In this document: positions 19,266 through 28,621 of the stretch, in pieces | Position numbering within the stretch: position 1 is the first letter of the stretch | Layout: each line of letters opens with the position of its first letter | DNA from: a virus | Strand: one strand, 5' to 3' | Length of the DNA: 64,000 bases | Virus record (IMG/VR): IMGVR_UViG_3300020156_000025 | Span: 25,985 to 89,984 of that record | Made by a program: the position numbers and the translations under genes | Notes under the pieces: generated by a model | Database searches by the model: none | Seen by the model: the letters and a program-made list of their open reading frames with translations, nothing else | What the model was told of the DNA's origin: nothing

Positions 19266-20635
19266 TCGCGGAATTCGAGACCAAGGAGGAGGAGCAGGCG
19301 TATTTCGGATCGTTCTACAGATACAAGCTGTGGAGCATGCGGATGATCCGCGACTGGTGGCCGCTGCTGACGAACTCGCAGAGGATCGTGCTGACCTTCG
19401 TGTTCGACCGCACGATCGGGTGGCGGAAGAGATGGGAGCAGGTGACGTTGCACCACCTGACCCACGGGGTGGAGTCGGAGGACGGGAAGGAATGGATCGG
19501 GGGAACGGGGTTGTCGAAACCGACCCTGATCGAGGCGATGCGGGGGTTGCGGGACATGGGGTTGATACTGGACCGGTGGAACCCGCAGAGGCAGCGCAAC
19601 GAAATCTGCATCGAACTGGAATGGAACCTCGTGGAAGGGGAAACGATCGAAACGAGCCGACATATGGGAGGATTACCGGAACCGAAGAGAGGGCACCGCG
19701 GGGGGCGCGGGGCGGGGAATTTTGCAAACCGTGCAAAGCCCGGAAGGGGGGAAGGGGAGGTCCCGGAAGGGGGGGAGGGTGTAAAGAAACCTTACCCTGC
19801 GGGTGTAAAGAAACTTTACCCTAATAATAAGAAAGGGAAAAACCATAGGTTGAATGCTACGCATTCAACGGGTTCCCCGGGGGAAGGGGAGGCTCCGGGG
19901 ACGGAGGGGGAGACCCCTGCCGATGCCGATGCAGCACCCGCTGCCGCCCTTGCCGATGTCGCCGCATCCGCTCTTGCCCGCACGCGGGAACGCCGGGAGG
20001 CGAAAAAGGGGAAGGGAGGAGCCGCGGGGATCGCGGCGGTGTGGGACGACGCGGTGCGTGCCGCCTTGCCCGATGCGCCGCGGGTGGCGGTGACGAAGGC
20101 GGACGTGGCAATCCTCGGGAAATATGCCCGCCGTTTCGCTGCCGCGAATCCCGCGACGCCGTTCGCGGAATACGTGGGGTGGTGCGTAGGGTGGTGGGCG
20201 GTGATCCGCGCGCAGGAGTTCGGGTGGATGCGGGACGGGGGGCCGGAGTTGCCGTCGATCCGCTTTCTCGTGAAGTTCTCGGACCGGTTCGAGCAATGCC
20301 ACGCGCACCGCGCCGCCCTTGAGCAGAGGGCCGCGATGACGGCGAGGGAACTGGAGATCGACCGCAGGGTGCGGAGGGGGCAGACGCGGGACGCCGCGGA
20401 GCTGGAGGTGGACAAGGTGGACGCGCTGCGCCGGGAGCAGCGGAAGTTGGAGGATGCGCGGAGGGCGCTGGCGCAGGAGCGCAGGATGGGGGAGGCGGCG
20501 TCGGCCCGGAGAGCGGAGGCGGAACGGCGGAAGGCGGAACTGCGGGAACGCCGGGAACGCATCGACGTTGCCCGCCGCCGCGCCGCGGAATCGCCCGATC
20601 CGTCCGGGGCCGGGGGCTTCGGAACGTGGGATTAG
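19262..20635 (+). CDS. Replication initiator protein (lambda O-like winged-helix N-terminus)
   Basis: LTNSQRIVLTFVFDRTIGWRK...GTGLSKPTLIEAMRGLRDMGLI; internal iterons; upstream of loader and helicase. Confidence 0.7.
   Translation: MIAEFETKEEEQAYFGSFYRYKLWSMRMIRDWWPLLTNSQRIVLTFVFDRTIGWRKRWEQVTLHHLTHGVESEDGKEWIGGTGLSKPTLIEAMRGLRDMGLILDRWNPQRQRNEICIELEWNLVEGETIETSRHMGGLPEPKRGHRGGRGAGNFANRAKPGRGEGEVPEGGEGVKKPYPAGVKKLYPNNKKGKNHRLNATHSTGSPGEGEAPGTEGETPADADAAPAAALADVAASALARTRERREAKKGKGGAAGIAAVWDDAVRAALPDAPRVAVTKADVAILGKYARRFAAANPATPFAEYVGWCVGWWAVIRAQEFGWMRDGGPELPSIRFLVKFSDRFEQCHAHRAALEQRAAMTARELEIDRRVRRGQTRDAAELEVDKVDALRREQRKLEDARRALAQERRMGEAASARRAEAERRKAELRERRERIDVARRRAAESPDPSGAGGFGTWD
19777..19845 (+). 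repeat. Candidate replication origin: two 22-bp iterons plus an A-rich tract
   Basis: GGGTGTAAAGAAAC(C/T)TTACCCT at 19777 and 19801, then AATAATAAGAAAGGGAAAAA. Confidence 0.6.
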
Positions 20636-20720
20636 ACGGAAACATTGCAAGGCTGCCGGGGTGTGACCATGATTGGCACATGCCCGTTGAACGGAACACC
20701 CGACCGAACCCGACTCACCG

Positions 20721-21377
20721 ATGATCGAACCGACCGAACCGAACGAAACGACGAAGCCATTGGCCGGACCGCGCAACCTGCTGCCGGATTCGGACGTGGA
20801 GAAGATGCTGGAGAACGCGGGAATCCCGCGCCGCTGGAGGGGGAAGGAGTGCACGCTGGCGGGGCTCGGGACGGAGCCCGCGAAACTGCTGCGCCAGTGG
20901 CTGGAGGGAGGGGAGCACCGGGAGGTGACGGGGAGGGTGCTGGACGTGGGGCAGGACTCGCGCGAATCGCTGGACCTGTGCATGCGGCTGGCACGGGGGA
21001 TGGTGCTGACCGGGTGCGGGGTGCGGGTAATGTCCATCGTCGCCTTGCTCGACCTGATACAGGGAGGGGAGGACGAGAGGGGGAGGACGATGGCGGAGCT
21101 GCTGAACGTGTCGTGGTTGATGGTGCTGGGGGTGATCGACGCGTGGTCGCCGGAGAACGCGCCGTTCAAGGGGGAGGACAAGTTGCGGCTGGACTGGTTC
21201 ATGCGCCGCTGGCTGATCGACGGGAGGAACCTGATCTTGCAGGGGGACAGGGCGATGGCGGAGGACCGGTTCTGGTCGCAGGGGCTGCGCTCGCTGGCGA
21301 ACGGGGCGCTGGTGCTGCCGCCCGTCTTTCCCCCTCGGAACGACTCCCGCACCTTTCACGATACCGCACCTAGATGA
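20721..21377 (+). CDS. Degenerate DnaC/IstB-like helicase loader
   Basis: AGIPRRW, position between initiator and DnaB; no intact Walker A. Confidence 0.45.
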   Translation: MIEPTEPNETTKPLAGPRNLLPDSDVEKMLENAGIPRRWRGKECTLAGLGTEPAKLLRQWLEGGEHREVTGRVLDVGQDSRESLDLCMRLARGMVLTGCGVRVMSIVALLDLIQGGEDERGRTMAELLNVSWLMVLGVIDAWSPENAPFKGEDKLRLDWFMRRWLIDGRNLILQGDRAMAEDRFWSQGLRSLANGALVLPPVFPPRNDSRTFHDTAPR

Positions 21378-22657
21378 GCACGCTCGGGAATCAATTCCTG
21401 CGCGCGGTGGTGGATGCGCAGGACACGGCGGCTTTCCGGCGGACGCAACGGCGTCTGTTCGTGGAGGCGGAGGTGCCGGTGTATGACGCGGTGATGGCGC
21501 ACGTGATGGCGCACGGAAGGGTGCCGTCGCTGTCGGCGCTGTCGGTGGCGGGGGTGACGCTGCCGGAGGCGAGGCACGACGAGCCGGTGTCGTGGTTCGC
21601 GGAACGTCTCAGGAACCGGGCGGCGTGGGGGGCGATGAACGAGAGGCACCCGGCGTTCGTGCAGGCGATGCGCGACAAGGACGTGGTGCAGGCGGAGGCC
21701 GTCGCCGCGGAGATGCTGGCGGAGGCGCGCGCGATGCTCGGGGCCGGGGGGTCGTATTCGTCGTTCGCGGCGGAGGCGGAGGCGATCGGGGCGCTCTACC
21801 ATTCGGCCAAGATGCACACGGGGTTGATGGGGGTGACGATGCGCTGGCCGACGCTGAACGCGCTGACCGACGGGGCGCAAGGGGGGGACGTGATCGCGCT
21901 GGTCGGGAGGCCGGGGGAGGGGAAGTCGTGGAACTTGCAGGAACTCGCCCTTGCCGCGCATGAGGACGGGTTGGAGACGGCGGTGGTTTCGATGGAGATG
22001 GGCGTGCGGCAGTTGTGCCGACGCATGATCGCGCGCAAGATCGGGGCGAATCCGCGGGACATCAAACGGGGAACGCTGCCGCACTGGGCGGAGGGGGATT
22101 TGTTCGGGGCCATCGCGGAGTTGACCGATGCCGCCCCGATGCACGTGCTGGCGGGGGACATGCAGAAGGAGGTGGGGGGAATCGAGAGCATGCTGGACGA
22201 CCGCAACGTGTCCGCCCTCTACGTGGACGCGGCTTACCTGCTGTCGCCGTCGGCGAGGATGTCGAACGGGGTGTCGAAGTGGGAGACCATCGGGCAGGTG
22301 ATCAAGGAATTGAAGCAGCTTGCGGTGAGGAGGGACATCCCGGTGTTCATCACGGTGCAGTTCAACCGGAACCAGAAACGCAAGGCGTCCCGGGAAATGG
22401 ACCTCGGGGACATCGCGGGTTCGGACTCGATCCCGCAGGACTGCTCGATAGTGGTGGGTATCAGGCGGGGACCGGCACCGTTCGACGAGGTGATCCGGGA
22501 GCATCACGTGCTCAAGAACCGGGAGGGGGATGCGGGGAAATACAACGTCAATTTCCGCTTCCAGCCGGTGAATTTCGACGAGGTGGAACTGGAGGTGACG
22601 GAGAACGGGAACGCTTCGGCGGGAGCGCCGTCGGCATCGACCGACTGGATGGTGTAG
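21374..22657 (+). CDS. dnaB: Replicative DnaB-like helicase
   Basis: GRPGEGKS, SMEM, LYVDAAYL, VQFNR, SDSIPQD, KNREG. Confidence 0.9.
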   Translation: MSTLGNQFLRAVVDAQDTAAFRRTQRRLFVEAEVPVYDAVMAHVMAHGRVPSLSALSVAGVTLPEARHDEPVSWFAERLRNRAAWGAMNERHPAFVQAMRDKDVVQAEAVAAEMLAEARAMLGAGGSYSSFAAEAEAIGALYHSAKMHTGLMGVTMRWPTLNALTDGAQGGDVIALVGRPGEGKSWNLQELALAAHEDGLETAVVSMEMGVRQLCRRMIARKIGANPRDIKRGTLPHWAEGDLFGAIAELTDAAPMHVLAGDMQKEVGGIESMLDDRNVSALYVDAAYLLSPSARMSNGVSKWETIGQVIKELKQLAVRRDIPVFITVQFNRNQKRKASREMDLGDIAGSDSIPQDCSIVVGIRRGPAPFDEVIREHHVLKNREGDAGKYNVNFRFQPVNFDEVELEVTENGNASAGAPSASTDWMV

Positions 22658-22704
22658 GCAGGAATATGCACACTTTGCAAAAAGGCACGAAACGGAACGA
22701 CACG

Positions 22705-25596
22705 ATGAAAAGAAGAGCAAGCAAGCACATCAATAGCGTGGGTAATCTGGACGATCCGGACGTGGTGTTCGTGTGCGATTCGCCGTGGCAACAGGTGTGG
22801 GACGAAGGGGGGGTGATGACCGGACCGCAAATGGACATCGTGCGGGAGGCGTGCGCGGGGGCCGGGTTGAAGGGGAACCGCTGCGCGTTCATCACCTGTT
22901 CCCCGCCGATTCCGCCGGAGGCGGCGGCGACGGACGCGAGGACGAGGGATTTCCTCGCCTTGCACGCGGAGGAGTTCGCGGAGGAGTTGGGGCGCTTGCT
23001 GCCGACGGCGAAGCTGGTGGTGCCGTTCGGGAAAACCGCGCTGCGGATGGTGGCGGGGAAGTCGGTGGAGATTTCCAAGTGCCGGGGCACCGTGGGGAGG
23101 TTCGCGAACGCGGGGGAGGTGCCGGTGCTGCCGTTGTTCTCGCCCGCGCACGTGTTGCGCAAGCCCGAGGTGAGGGGGGTGTTCGAGTCGGACTTCGGGC
23201 AGATACGGGCGTTGCGGGAATCGGGCTGGGACGGGACGATCTTCGAGCGTTCGATCGCGGGGGCGCACTACGAGTGGGTGACGGACCTGTCGCCCTTGCT
23301 CGCGGAGAGGCCGAAGCGGCTGGCCTTGGACACCGAGACGCTGGGTTACGAGTGGCGGCACGGGAGGCGCATCCTGACGGTGCAATTGACGTGGAAGAAA
23401 GGGCACGCGTGGGTGGTGCCGTTGCAGCGGGGTTACTTCAACAATCCGGAGTTGCGGGGGGAATCGACCCGGCACCTGCCCTTGTTGTCGAAGGTGGACG
23501 TGCGGAGACTGGAAGGGCAGTTGCGGGAGCTGCTGGGGGACCCCCGGACCAAGGTGGTGGGGCACAACCTGAAATACGACCTCCACCACCTGCGCAACCA
23601 CGGGATCGAGGTGGCGAACTGGTATGCGGACACGATGCAGTTGGCGTTCCTCGCGGACGAGAACATGCTGTCGAAGTCGTTGGACGATTGCGCCCGGCGC
23701 TGGGTGCCGGAGCTGGGGGGGTATGCGGACGCGTTCAACACCGATCCGGTGCATCAAGGGAAGAGCAGGATGGATCTGGTGCCGCACGACAAGATGATCC
23801 GTTACGGGGGCGGGGACACGGATGCGTGCTTCCGCCTGTGCGAACGGTTGGTGGAGCTGGGGATGCAGGACGAGCGGCAATGGACCACGTTCCGGCGGGT
23901 TCAGATGCCGGGGTTGAGGACTTTTTTCGAGATGGAACGGAAGGGCATCCGGATCGACCGCGACGCGCTGCGCGAACTCGGGACGGTGCTGGCGAGGCAG
24001 GAGCAGGAGATGTATCAGTCGCTGATGCGGCAGGCCGCGGCCAAGGCTCCCGCCGTGCTGCGCAGGCACGAGGCGGCGGGGTTGTCGTTCACTCGGTCGG
24101 CGTTCACGGCGGACCTGTTGTTCTCGACCGACGGGTTCAAGTTGAAGCCGATCGTGTTCACGGACGGGACCAAGAACCTGCCGGACGAGGAGAAGATACC
24201 GAGCACGAGCACGAAAACGCACCTGCCCTTTTTCGACCATATCCCGTTCGTGGCGGAGTTGATCGAATACCAGCAGGTGCAGAAGATGCGCAGCACCTAC
24301 GTGGGATTGCCGGGAGGGGAGGAATCCGTGCTGCTCAAGCGGACGGCGAAAGGGAAGGTCAACGCGGCGGTGGTGCGGTTGTTCCGGGAGGCGGGAAGGG
24401 AGGATGAACTGCCCCCGGCCAAGACCGTGCCGGTGCGGTCGCGCAACCGGATGATGAAGATAGAGCCGGTGAAGGCGGAGGTGGTGGCCTCGGTGACATC
24501 GCCGAAGGGGGGGTTCCGGATCGACGTGGACACGGCGGGGGATTGCTGGAAGGTCGGGCAACGCGAACCGACCGGGTTCTGGCAGTATCTCGGGGAGGGT
24601 CTGGAGGGGGACATCATCCATCCTTCGTTCCGTCTGGACAATACGGTGACGGGCCGCTCGTCGTCGCAGAATCCGAACGCGCAGAATTTCCCGAAGCGGG
24701 GGAAGCTGGCGAAGGCATACCGGAAAATCTTCAAGCCCCGGCCCGGGTTCGTGTTCATCGAGTGCGACCTTTCGCAGGCTGAACTCCGGATCGCGGCGTG
24801 GATGGCGAACGATCCGGTGATGCTCCGCATTTACCGCGAGGGCGGGGACATCCATACGATGATCGCGGCCCGGTCGATGGGACTCACGGACGGGGCGTTC
24901 GCGGAACTTCCCGCGGAGGAACGCAAGGCGGCGCGGCAGAAGGCGAAGGCGGTGAACTTCGGGTTCCTCTACGGGATGTGGTGGAAGAAATTCAAGAATT
25001 ACGCCAAGACGCAATACGGGGTGTCGCTGACGGACCGGGAGTCGGAGAAGATGCGGGAAATGTTCTTCCGCACGTTCCCGGCGCTGGAGGGGTGGCACAC
25101 GGACATGAAGGCGTTCGTGAACCGGCACGGGTTCGTGCGTTCGTTGCACGGGGCGTTGCGGCGGTTGCCGGACATCAACTCCAACGACAAGGGGGTGCAG
25201 CAGGAGGCGGAGCGGCAGTCGGTGAACTCGCCCGTGCAACGCTTCGCGTCGGACGTGGGGATCATGGCGATGGCCAGGTTCGGGAGGGATTGCCCGTGGG
25301 ACGACATGTTCCCGGTGGCGTTCATCCATGACGCGCTCGTGGTGGAGGCGAGGGAGGAACGCGCGGAGGAGTGCGCGGCGGCAATGAAATATTGCATGGA
25401 GACGGTGCCGTTGGAGGCGTGGTTCGGAATCGTGCCGCCCTTGCCTATCGTGGCGGACGTGAGTATCGGAACCTCGCTGGGGGAGATGGAGGAGAGGCCG
25501 GACATCGTGGCCGCGATGCCCGCGTGGTTCCGTCCGGAACTCGACCTTGCGCCCCCGGCGGGGAGTGTTTTGCAAACCGTGCAAAATCGCGGGTGA
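22705..25596 (+). CDS. polA: Family A DNA polymerase with N-terminal UDG-like domain and 3'-5' exonuclease (SPO1-type architecture)
   Basis: Exo motifs LDTET, GHNLKYD, YGGGD; pol motifs TGRSSSQNPNAQNFP, DLSQAELR, KAVNFGFLYG, IHDAL. Confidence 0.93.
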   Translation: MKRRASKHINSVGNLDDPDVVFVCDSPWQQVWDEGGVMTGPQMDIVREACAGAGLKGNRCAFITCSPPIPPEAAATDARTRDFLALHAEEFAEELGRLLPTAKLVVPFGKTALRMVAGKSVEISKCRGTVGRFANAGEVPVLPLFSPAHVLRKPEVRGVFESDFGQIRALRESGWDGTIFERSIAGAHYEWVTDLSPLLAERPKRLALDTETLGYEWRHGRRILTVQLTWKKGHAWVVPLQRGYFNNPELRGESTRHLPLLSKVDVRRLEGQLRELLGDPRTKVVGHNLKYDLHHLRNHGIEVANWYADTMQLAFLADENMLSKSLDDCARRWVPELGGYADAFNTDPVHQGKSRMDLVPHDKMIRYGGGDTDACFRLCERLVELGMQDERQWTTFRRVQMPGLRTFFEMERKGIRIDRDALRELGTVLARQEQEMYQSLMRQAAAKAPAVLRRHEAAGLSFTRSAFTADLLFSTDGFKLKPIVFTDGTKNLPDEEKIPSTSTKTHLPFFDHIPFVAELIEYQQVQKMRSTYVGLPGGEESVLLKRTAKGKVNAAVVRLFREAGREDELPPAKTVPVRSRNRMMKIEPVKAEVVASVTSPKGGFRIDVDTAGDCWKVGQREPTGFWQYLGEGLEGDIIHPSFRLDNTVTGRSSSQNPNAQNFPKRGKLAKAYRKIFKPRPGFVFIECDLSQAELRIAAWMANDPVMLRIYREGGDIHTMIAARSMGLTDGAFAELPAEERKAARQKAKAVNFGFLYGMWWKKFKNYAKTQYGVSLTDRESEKMREMFFRTFPALEGWHTDMKAFVNRHGFVRSLHGALRRLPDINSNDKGVQQEAERQSVNSPVQRFASDVGIMAMARFGRDCPWDDMFPVAFIHDALVVEAREERAEECAAAMKYCMETVPLEAWFGIVPPLPIVADVSIGTSLGEMEERPDIVAAMPAWFRPELDLAPPAGSVLQTVQNRG

Positions 25597-25605
25597 CGCA
25601 AAATC

Positions 25606-25634
25606 TTGCTAAACGAAATCCGGTATGCTACGCT
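25606..25634 (+). promoter_or_regulatory. Sigma70-like phage promoter
   Basis: TTGCTA-AACGAAATCCGGTATGC(17)-TACGCT, with a TGCA box at 25569. Confidence 0.65.
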
Positions 25635-25669
25635 GCCCTCGTCCTTTGCAGGAAACCAAATAACCGATC

Positions 25670-26095
25670 ATGAGTGCTCAACCTGTCCGCAAACGCCGTG
25701 TCCAAGTCGAAGCTCCCGCCGTGCCGCAGGAAATCCGGGACAAGGCGGTGAAATTCTACACGGAAAACCTCGCCGCGAACGCCGCCCTTGCCTTGGCCGC
25801 GAAGAGTCGCAAGGAGCTGCTGGCCGCGATGAACGCCGCCGGGCTTTCGAGCGCGCAGATCGAGGGACTGGTGAACAACAAGCTCCAGACCCTCGACGTG
25901 ACGGTCGCCCCGTCCGTGCGTCAGGTCGTGTCGGTGCCGGTGCTGTCCAAATTGACCAGCGTGGACGTGCTGGTGGAGGTCTGTTCCGCGTCGCAGGAGT
26001 CGGTCCGGAACGCGCTGGGGGAGGCGGTGTTGCAACAATGCCTCGTCACCGTGGAGGGGGAGGTGAATGTCTCCGTGAAGGTGCCGAAGGCGTGA
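25670..26095 (+). CDS. Hypothetical protein (N-terminal PVRKRR)
   Basis: ORF after promoter. Confidence 0.65.
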   Translation: MSAQPVRKRRVQVEAPAVPQEIRDKAVKFYTENLAANAALALAAKSRKELLAAMNAAGLSSAQIEGLVNNKLQTLDVTVAPSVRQVVSVPVLSKLTSVDVLVEVCSASQESVRNALGEAVLQQCLVTVEGEVNVSVKVPKA

Positions 26096-26149
26096 GCCTT
26101 GCCTGTTCCGACGAAACATTGCACCCCTTCCGTAGCCATCTATCCGCCC

Positions 26150-26842
26150 ATGCCCGTGAAACCATCGACCAAACCCTCCCGTCCCGATCCCGTTGCATCG
26201 TTCGTGTCGGACGTGACCCGTCTGCTGCTGCCGGTGACCCCGGGGGAGGTGAGGGACCCGGCGCGGCTGGTCCGCTTCGTGCAGGACGTGATCGCGGACG
26301 CTCCCCTTGCCGGACATCACGACCACGGAACCGGGCACTGGCACTCGGTGCTGCGGAACGGGTGCAGGCTGTGCCCGGAGACGGGAGAAGGAGAGGGGAT
26401 GGACGGGGACCGTGCCAAAATCCGCGCTACGGTGGGGTTGTTCGCGCTGTTCCATGACTGCCGCCGCACGCACCCTTACGCCGATGTGTCGCACGGGGCC
26501 TTGGCGCAGGGCTACCTGCTGTCTCTCCGCAACGTGCTCCGTTCACTCGGGGTTCCGGACCGGGTGGTGCTCGCCGCGGGGTGGGCGTGCGCGTGGCATA
26601 CCGTGATCGACAAGCCGCGGGAGAGTGTGTTGTTCGGGGCCGTGGACCTGCGCATCGCGGGACGGAAGATGCTGCCGGGTTGGAAGCCGTGGTGGTTCGA
26701 TGCCATCGGAACCTGCCTCGACGCGGACCGGCTGGATTTGCCCCGGGTGGGGATCGCGCCGTCGCCGGAATACCTGTGGACGGACAGGGCGAAAGAAGAG
26801 GCAAGGAACAACACCGCCCTTCGCGGGGCGAAAGCGGAATGA
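26150..26842 (+). CDS. HD-domain phosphohydrolase
   Basis: HG.GHW..V, FALFHDCRR, HG, DADRLDL.RVG. Confidence 0.8.
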   Translation: MPVKPSTKPSRPDPVASFVSDVTRLLLPVTPGEVRDPARLVRFVQDVIADAPLAGHHDHGTGHWHSVLRNGCRLCPETGEGEGMDGDRAKIRATVGLFALFHDCRRTHPYADVSHGALAQGYLLSLRNVLRSLGVPDRVVLAAGWACAWHTVIDKPRESVLFGAVDLRIAGRKMLPGWKPWWFDAIGTCLDADRLDLPRVGIAPSPEYLWTDRAKEEARNNTALRGAKAE

Positions 26843-27177
26843 GCTTGCAGGTCTACATGGTCAGGCCGGTGATGGCGTTCCGCTCGGAATTTCCCGTTGT
26901 CGCGCACGTGCGGAGGTGGGTGGACCCGGGGGCCGCGCTGGCGTTCGAGGCGGAATCCTTGGAGGATGCGGAGCGGATCGCGTGGAACCGGTTGCGGGGA
27001 AAATTCATACCCAAGACCCCGGCGTTGCGGGTAGCGGGGCTGTGCGTGGTCGAAATGGAGGGGGAGGAAGCGGAGATCGCGCGCGCCGCCGTGCGCGGGG
27101 CTGCTCCGGCCCCGCCGGGGCCGGTGGAAGAGGGGAATTCAGGAACGGAGGAAACCGGAACCGGGGACGCGGAATGA
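26839..27177 (+). CDS. Hypothetical protein
   Basis: ATGA-coupled ORF. Confidence 0.55.
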   Translation: MSLQVYMVRPVMAFRSEFPVVAHVRRWVDPGAALAFEAESLEDAERIAWNRLRGKFIPKTPALRVAGLCVVEMEGEEAEIARAAVRGAAPAPPGPVEEGNSGTEETGTGDAE

Positions 27178-28181
27178 ACGAAGGAAAACTGCGCTTCATC
27201 ATGGGGCAGCTCGGGGTCGAGATCTTGCACGTGAACGACAAGGGGTGGATGGTGGCGAGGTGTCCGCTGGCCCCCTATACGCATGACCGTGCGATTGACC
27301 GCACCCCGTCCTTCAATGTCCGCGCGTCGGAAAACAAGCTCTCCGGATTCCATTGTTTCCAGTGCGGTGAGTCGGGCCGGATTTCTAAGCTAATCAACAA
27401 GCTGGGGCATTACCGGGAGGAGGATTATGCGCATTTGGCGTTGTTGGCGGAGATGGCGGAGACGCCGGAACATTTCGGGGAGTTCGAGGAGGACGAGCGG
27501 GTGGTGGAGGAGCCGGAATTGGACAAGCTGGTGTATCTGACCATGTATCCCCTGCCTTATGAGGAGAGGGAGGCGAGGGAGTATCTGGAGCGGCGCGGGA
27601 TCGGGAGAGATACCGCCCGCTTGCTGGAGTTGCGGTATGACCCGGAGAAACGACGCATCCTGTTCCCGGTGTTCGATTGGCAGCACGGATTGAAGGGGTT
27701 TTCGGGGCGGACGATCATCCCGGACGAGCGCAGGCCGAAGCATGTGCCGAAGGTGAAGGACTATGTGGGGATGAAAAAGGAGCGCGTCGTGCTGGGGGAG
27801 CACCTGATCCAGACGGAGCATCCGTTGCTGGTAGTGGAGGGGTTGTTTGCCTATGCGCACGTCGTGGAGGTGGGGGCGAGGGAGTTTTGCAACCCGGTGG
27901 CGACGCTGGGGTCGGCAATGTCTCGGACGCAACGGAATTTGATCGTAGCGTGGGACAGGCCGGTCATCATGTTATACGACGATGACGCGGCGGGGGACAA
28001 GGGGTTGTTCGGGAATCTGGATCGCGCGGCGGGGAAGCATGAGGGGGGAGGAGCGATTGACTTGTTGAAGATGCATGTGCCGGTGGGGGTGGGAATGTTC
28101 CCGAAGCGGACCGGGGACCCGGACGATCTCACGACCGGGGAATTGCGACGCATCGTGACGCGGGGGACCGAATGGAAATAG
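27174..28181 (+). CDS. DNA primase (Zn finger plus Toprim)
   Basis: CPLAPYTH...HCFQC Zn finger; VVEGLFA; YDDDAAG Toprim; DPDD. Confidence 0.85.
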   Translation: MNEGKLRFIMGQLGVEILHVNDKGWMVARCPLAPYTHDRAIDRTPSFNVRASENKLSGFHCFQCGESGRISKLINKLGHYREEDYAHLALLAEMAETPEHFGEFEEDERVVEEPELDKLVYLTMYPLPYEEREAREYLERRGIGRDTARLLELRYDPEKRRILFPVFDWQHGLKGFSGRTIIPDERRPKHVPKVKDYVGMKKERVVLGEHLIQTEHPLLVVEGLFAYAHVVEVGAREFCNPVATLGSAMSRTQRNLIVAWDRPVIMLYDDDAAGDKGLFGNLDRAAGKHEGGGAIDLLKMHVPVGVGMFPKRTGDPDDLTTGELRRIVTRGTEWK

Positions 28182-28200
28182 ACGGGGAAGCAAGGAAAAC

Positions 28201-28229
28201 TTGCGTAACAAAACCCGATCTACTACGTT
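28201..28229 (+). promoter_or_regulatory. Sigma70-like phage promoter
   Basis: TTGCGT-AACAAAACCCGATCTAC(17)-TACGTT. Confidence 0.6.
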
Positions 28230-28237
28230 CGCCCTAC

Positions 28238-28621
28238 ATGTCCGACGAACACCCAACCGAAGCCGTCCGCGCCATGATCCGGGGCGTTTTCGGAAGCTGC
28301 GAAGACTTCGAAGACCGTCCTTGCGCGGTGGCGGTGGTGGAGTTGCCCGGGGGTGCGGTGATGGTGGCGATGGAGGACAACGGGTGCGTGGTGGTGCCCG
28401 ATTTGCGGGAGTTGTCGGTGCTGCGGCTGGTCGCGGCTGGATTCGACTACTTCACCGCGGAGAGACTTTCGGTGTGGCTGGCCGGGACAACTTTGCAAAC
28501 CGTGCAAAGCTCCGGACCGGAGACACCGTTGATGGAAAGCAGCGAGGCTGCATCGAACCGCCCCGGAGGGGCATTGAAAGAAGAAACAAACCAAACGACA
28601 CAGGACAATGGCCAAGAATAA
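28238..28621 (+). CDS. Hypothetical protein
   Basis: ORF after promoter. Confidence 0.5.
   Translation: MSDEHPTEAVRAMIRGVFGSCEDFEDRPCAVAVVELPGGAVMVAMEDNGCVVVPDLRELSVLRLVAAGFDYFTAERLSVWLAGTTLQTVQSSGPETPLMESSEAASNRPGGALKEETNQTTQDNGQE

Noticed and set aside
22015-22704. ORF-track N-terminal extension of the polymerase (similarly 4525, 6941, 19058, 26625, 30739, 60795)
   Set aside because: Overlaps the upstream real gene; better starts with ATGA coupling or A/C-rich leaders lie downstream
24301-24590. Intein in DNA polymerase
   Set aside because: No Cys/Ser start, His-Asn end or LAGLIDADG motifs
22504-25584. 1026-aa minus-strand ORF and other long antisense ORFs (13970-16156, 7313-8899, 29309-30976, 57779-59488)
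   Set aside because: Shadow frames of GC-rich + strand genes; Arg/His/Pro-rich with no motifs
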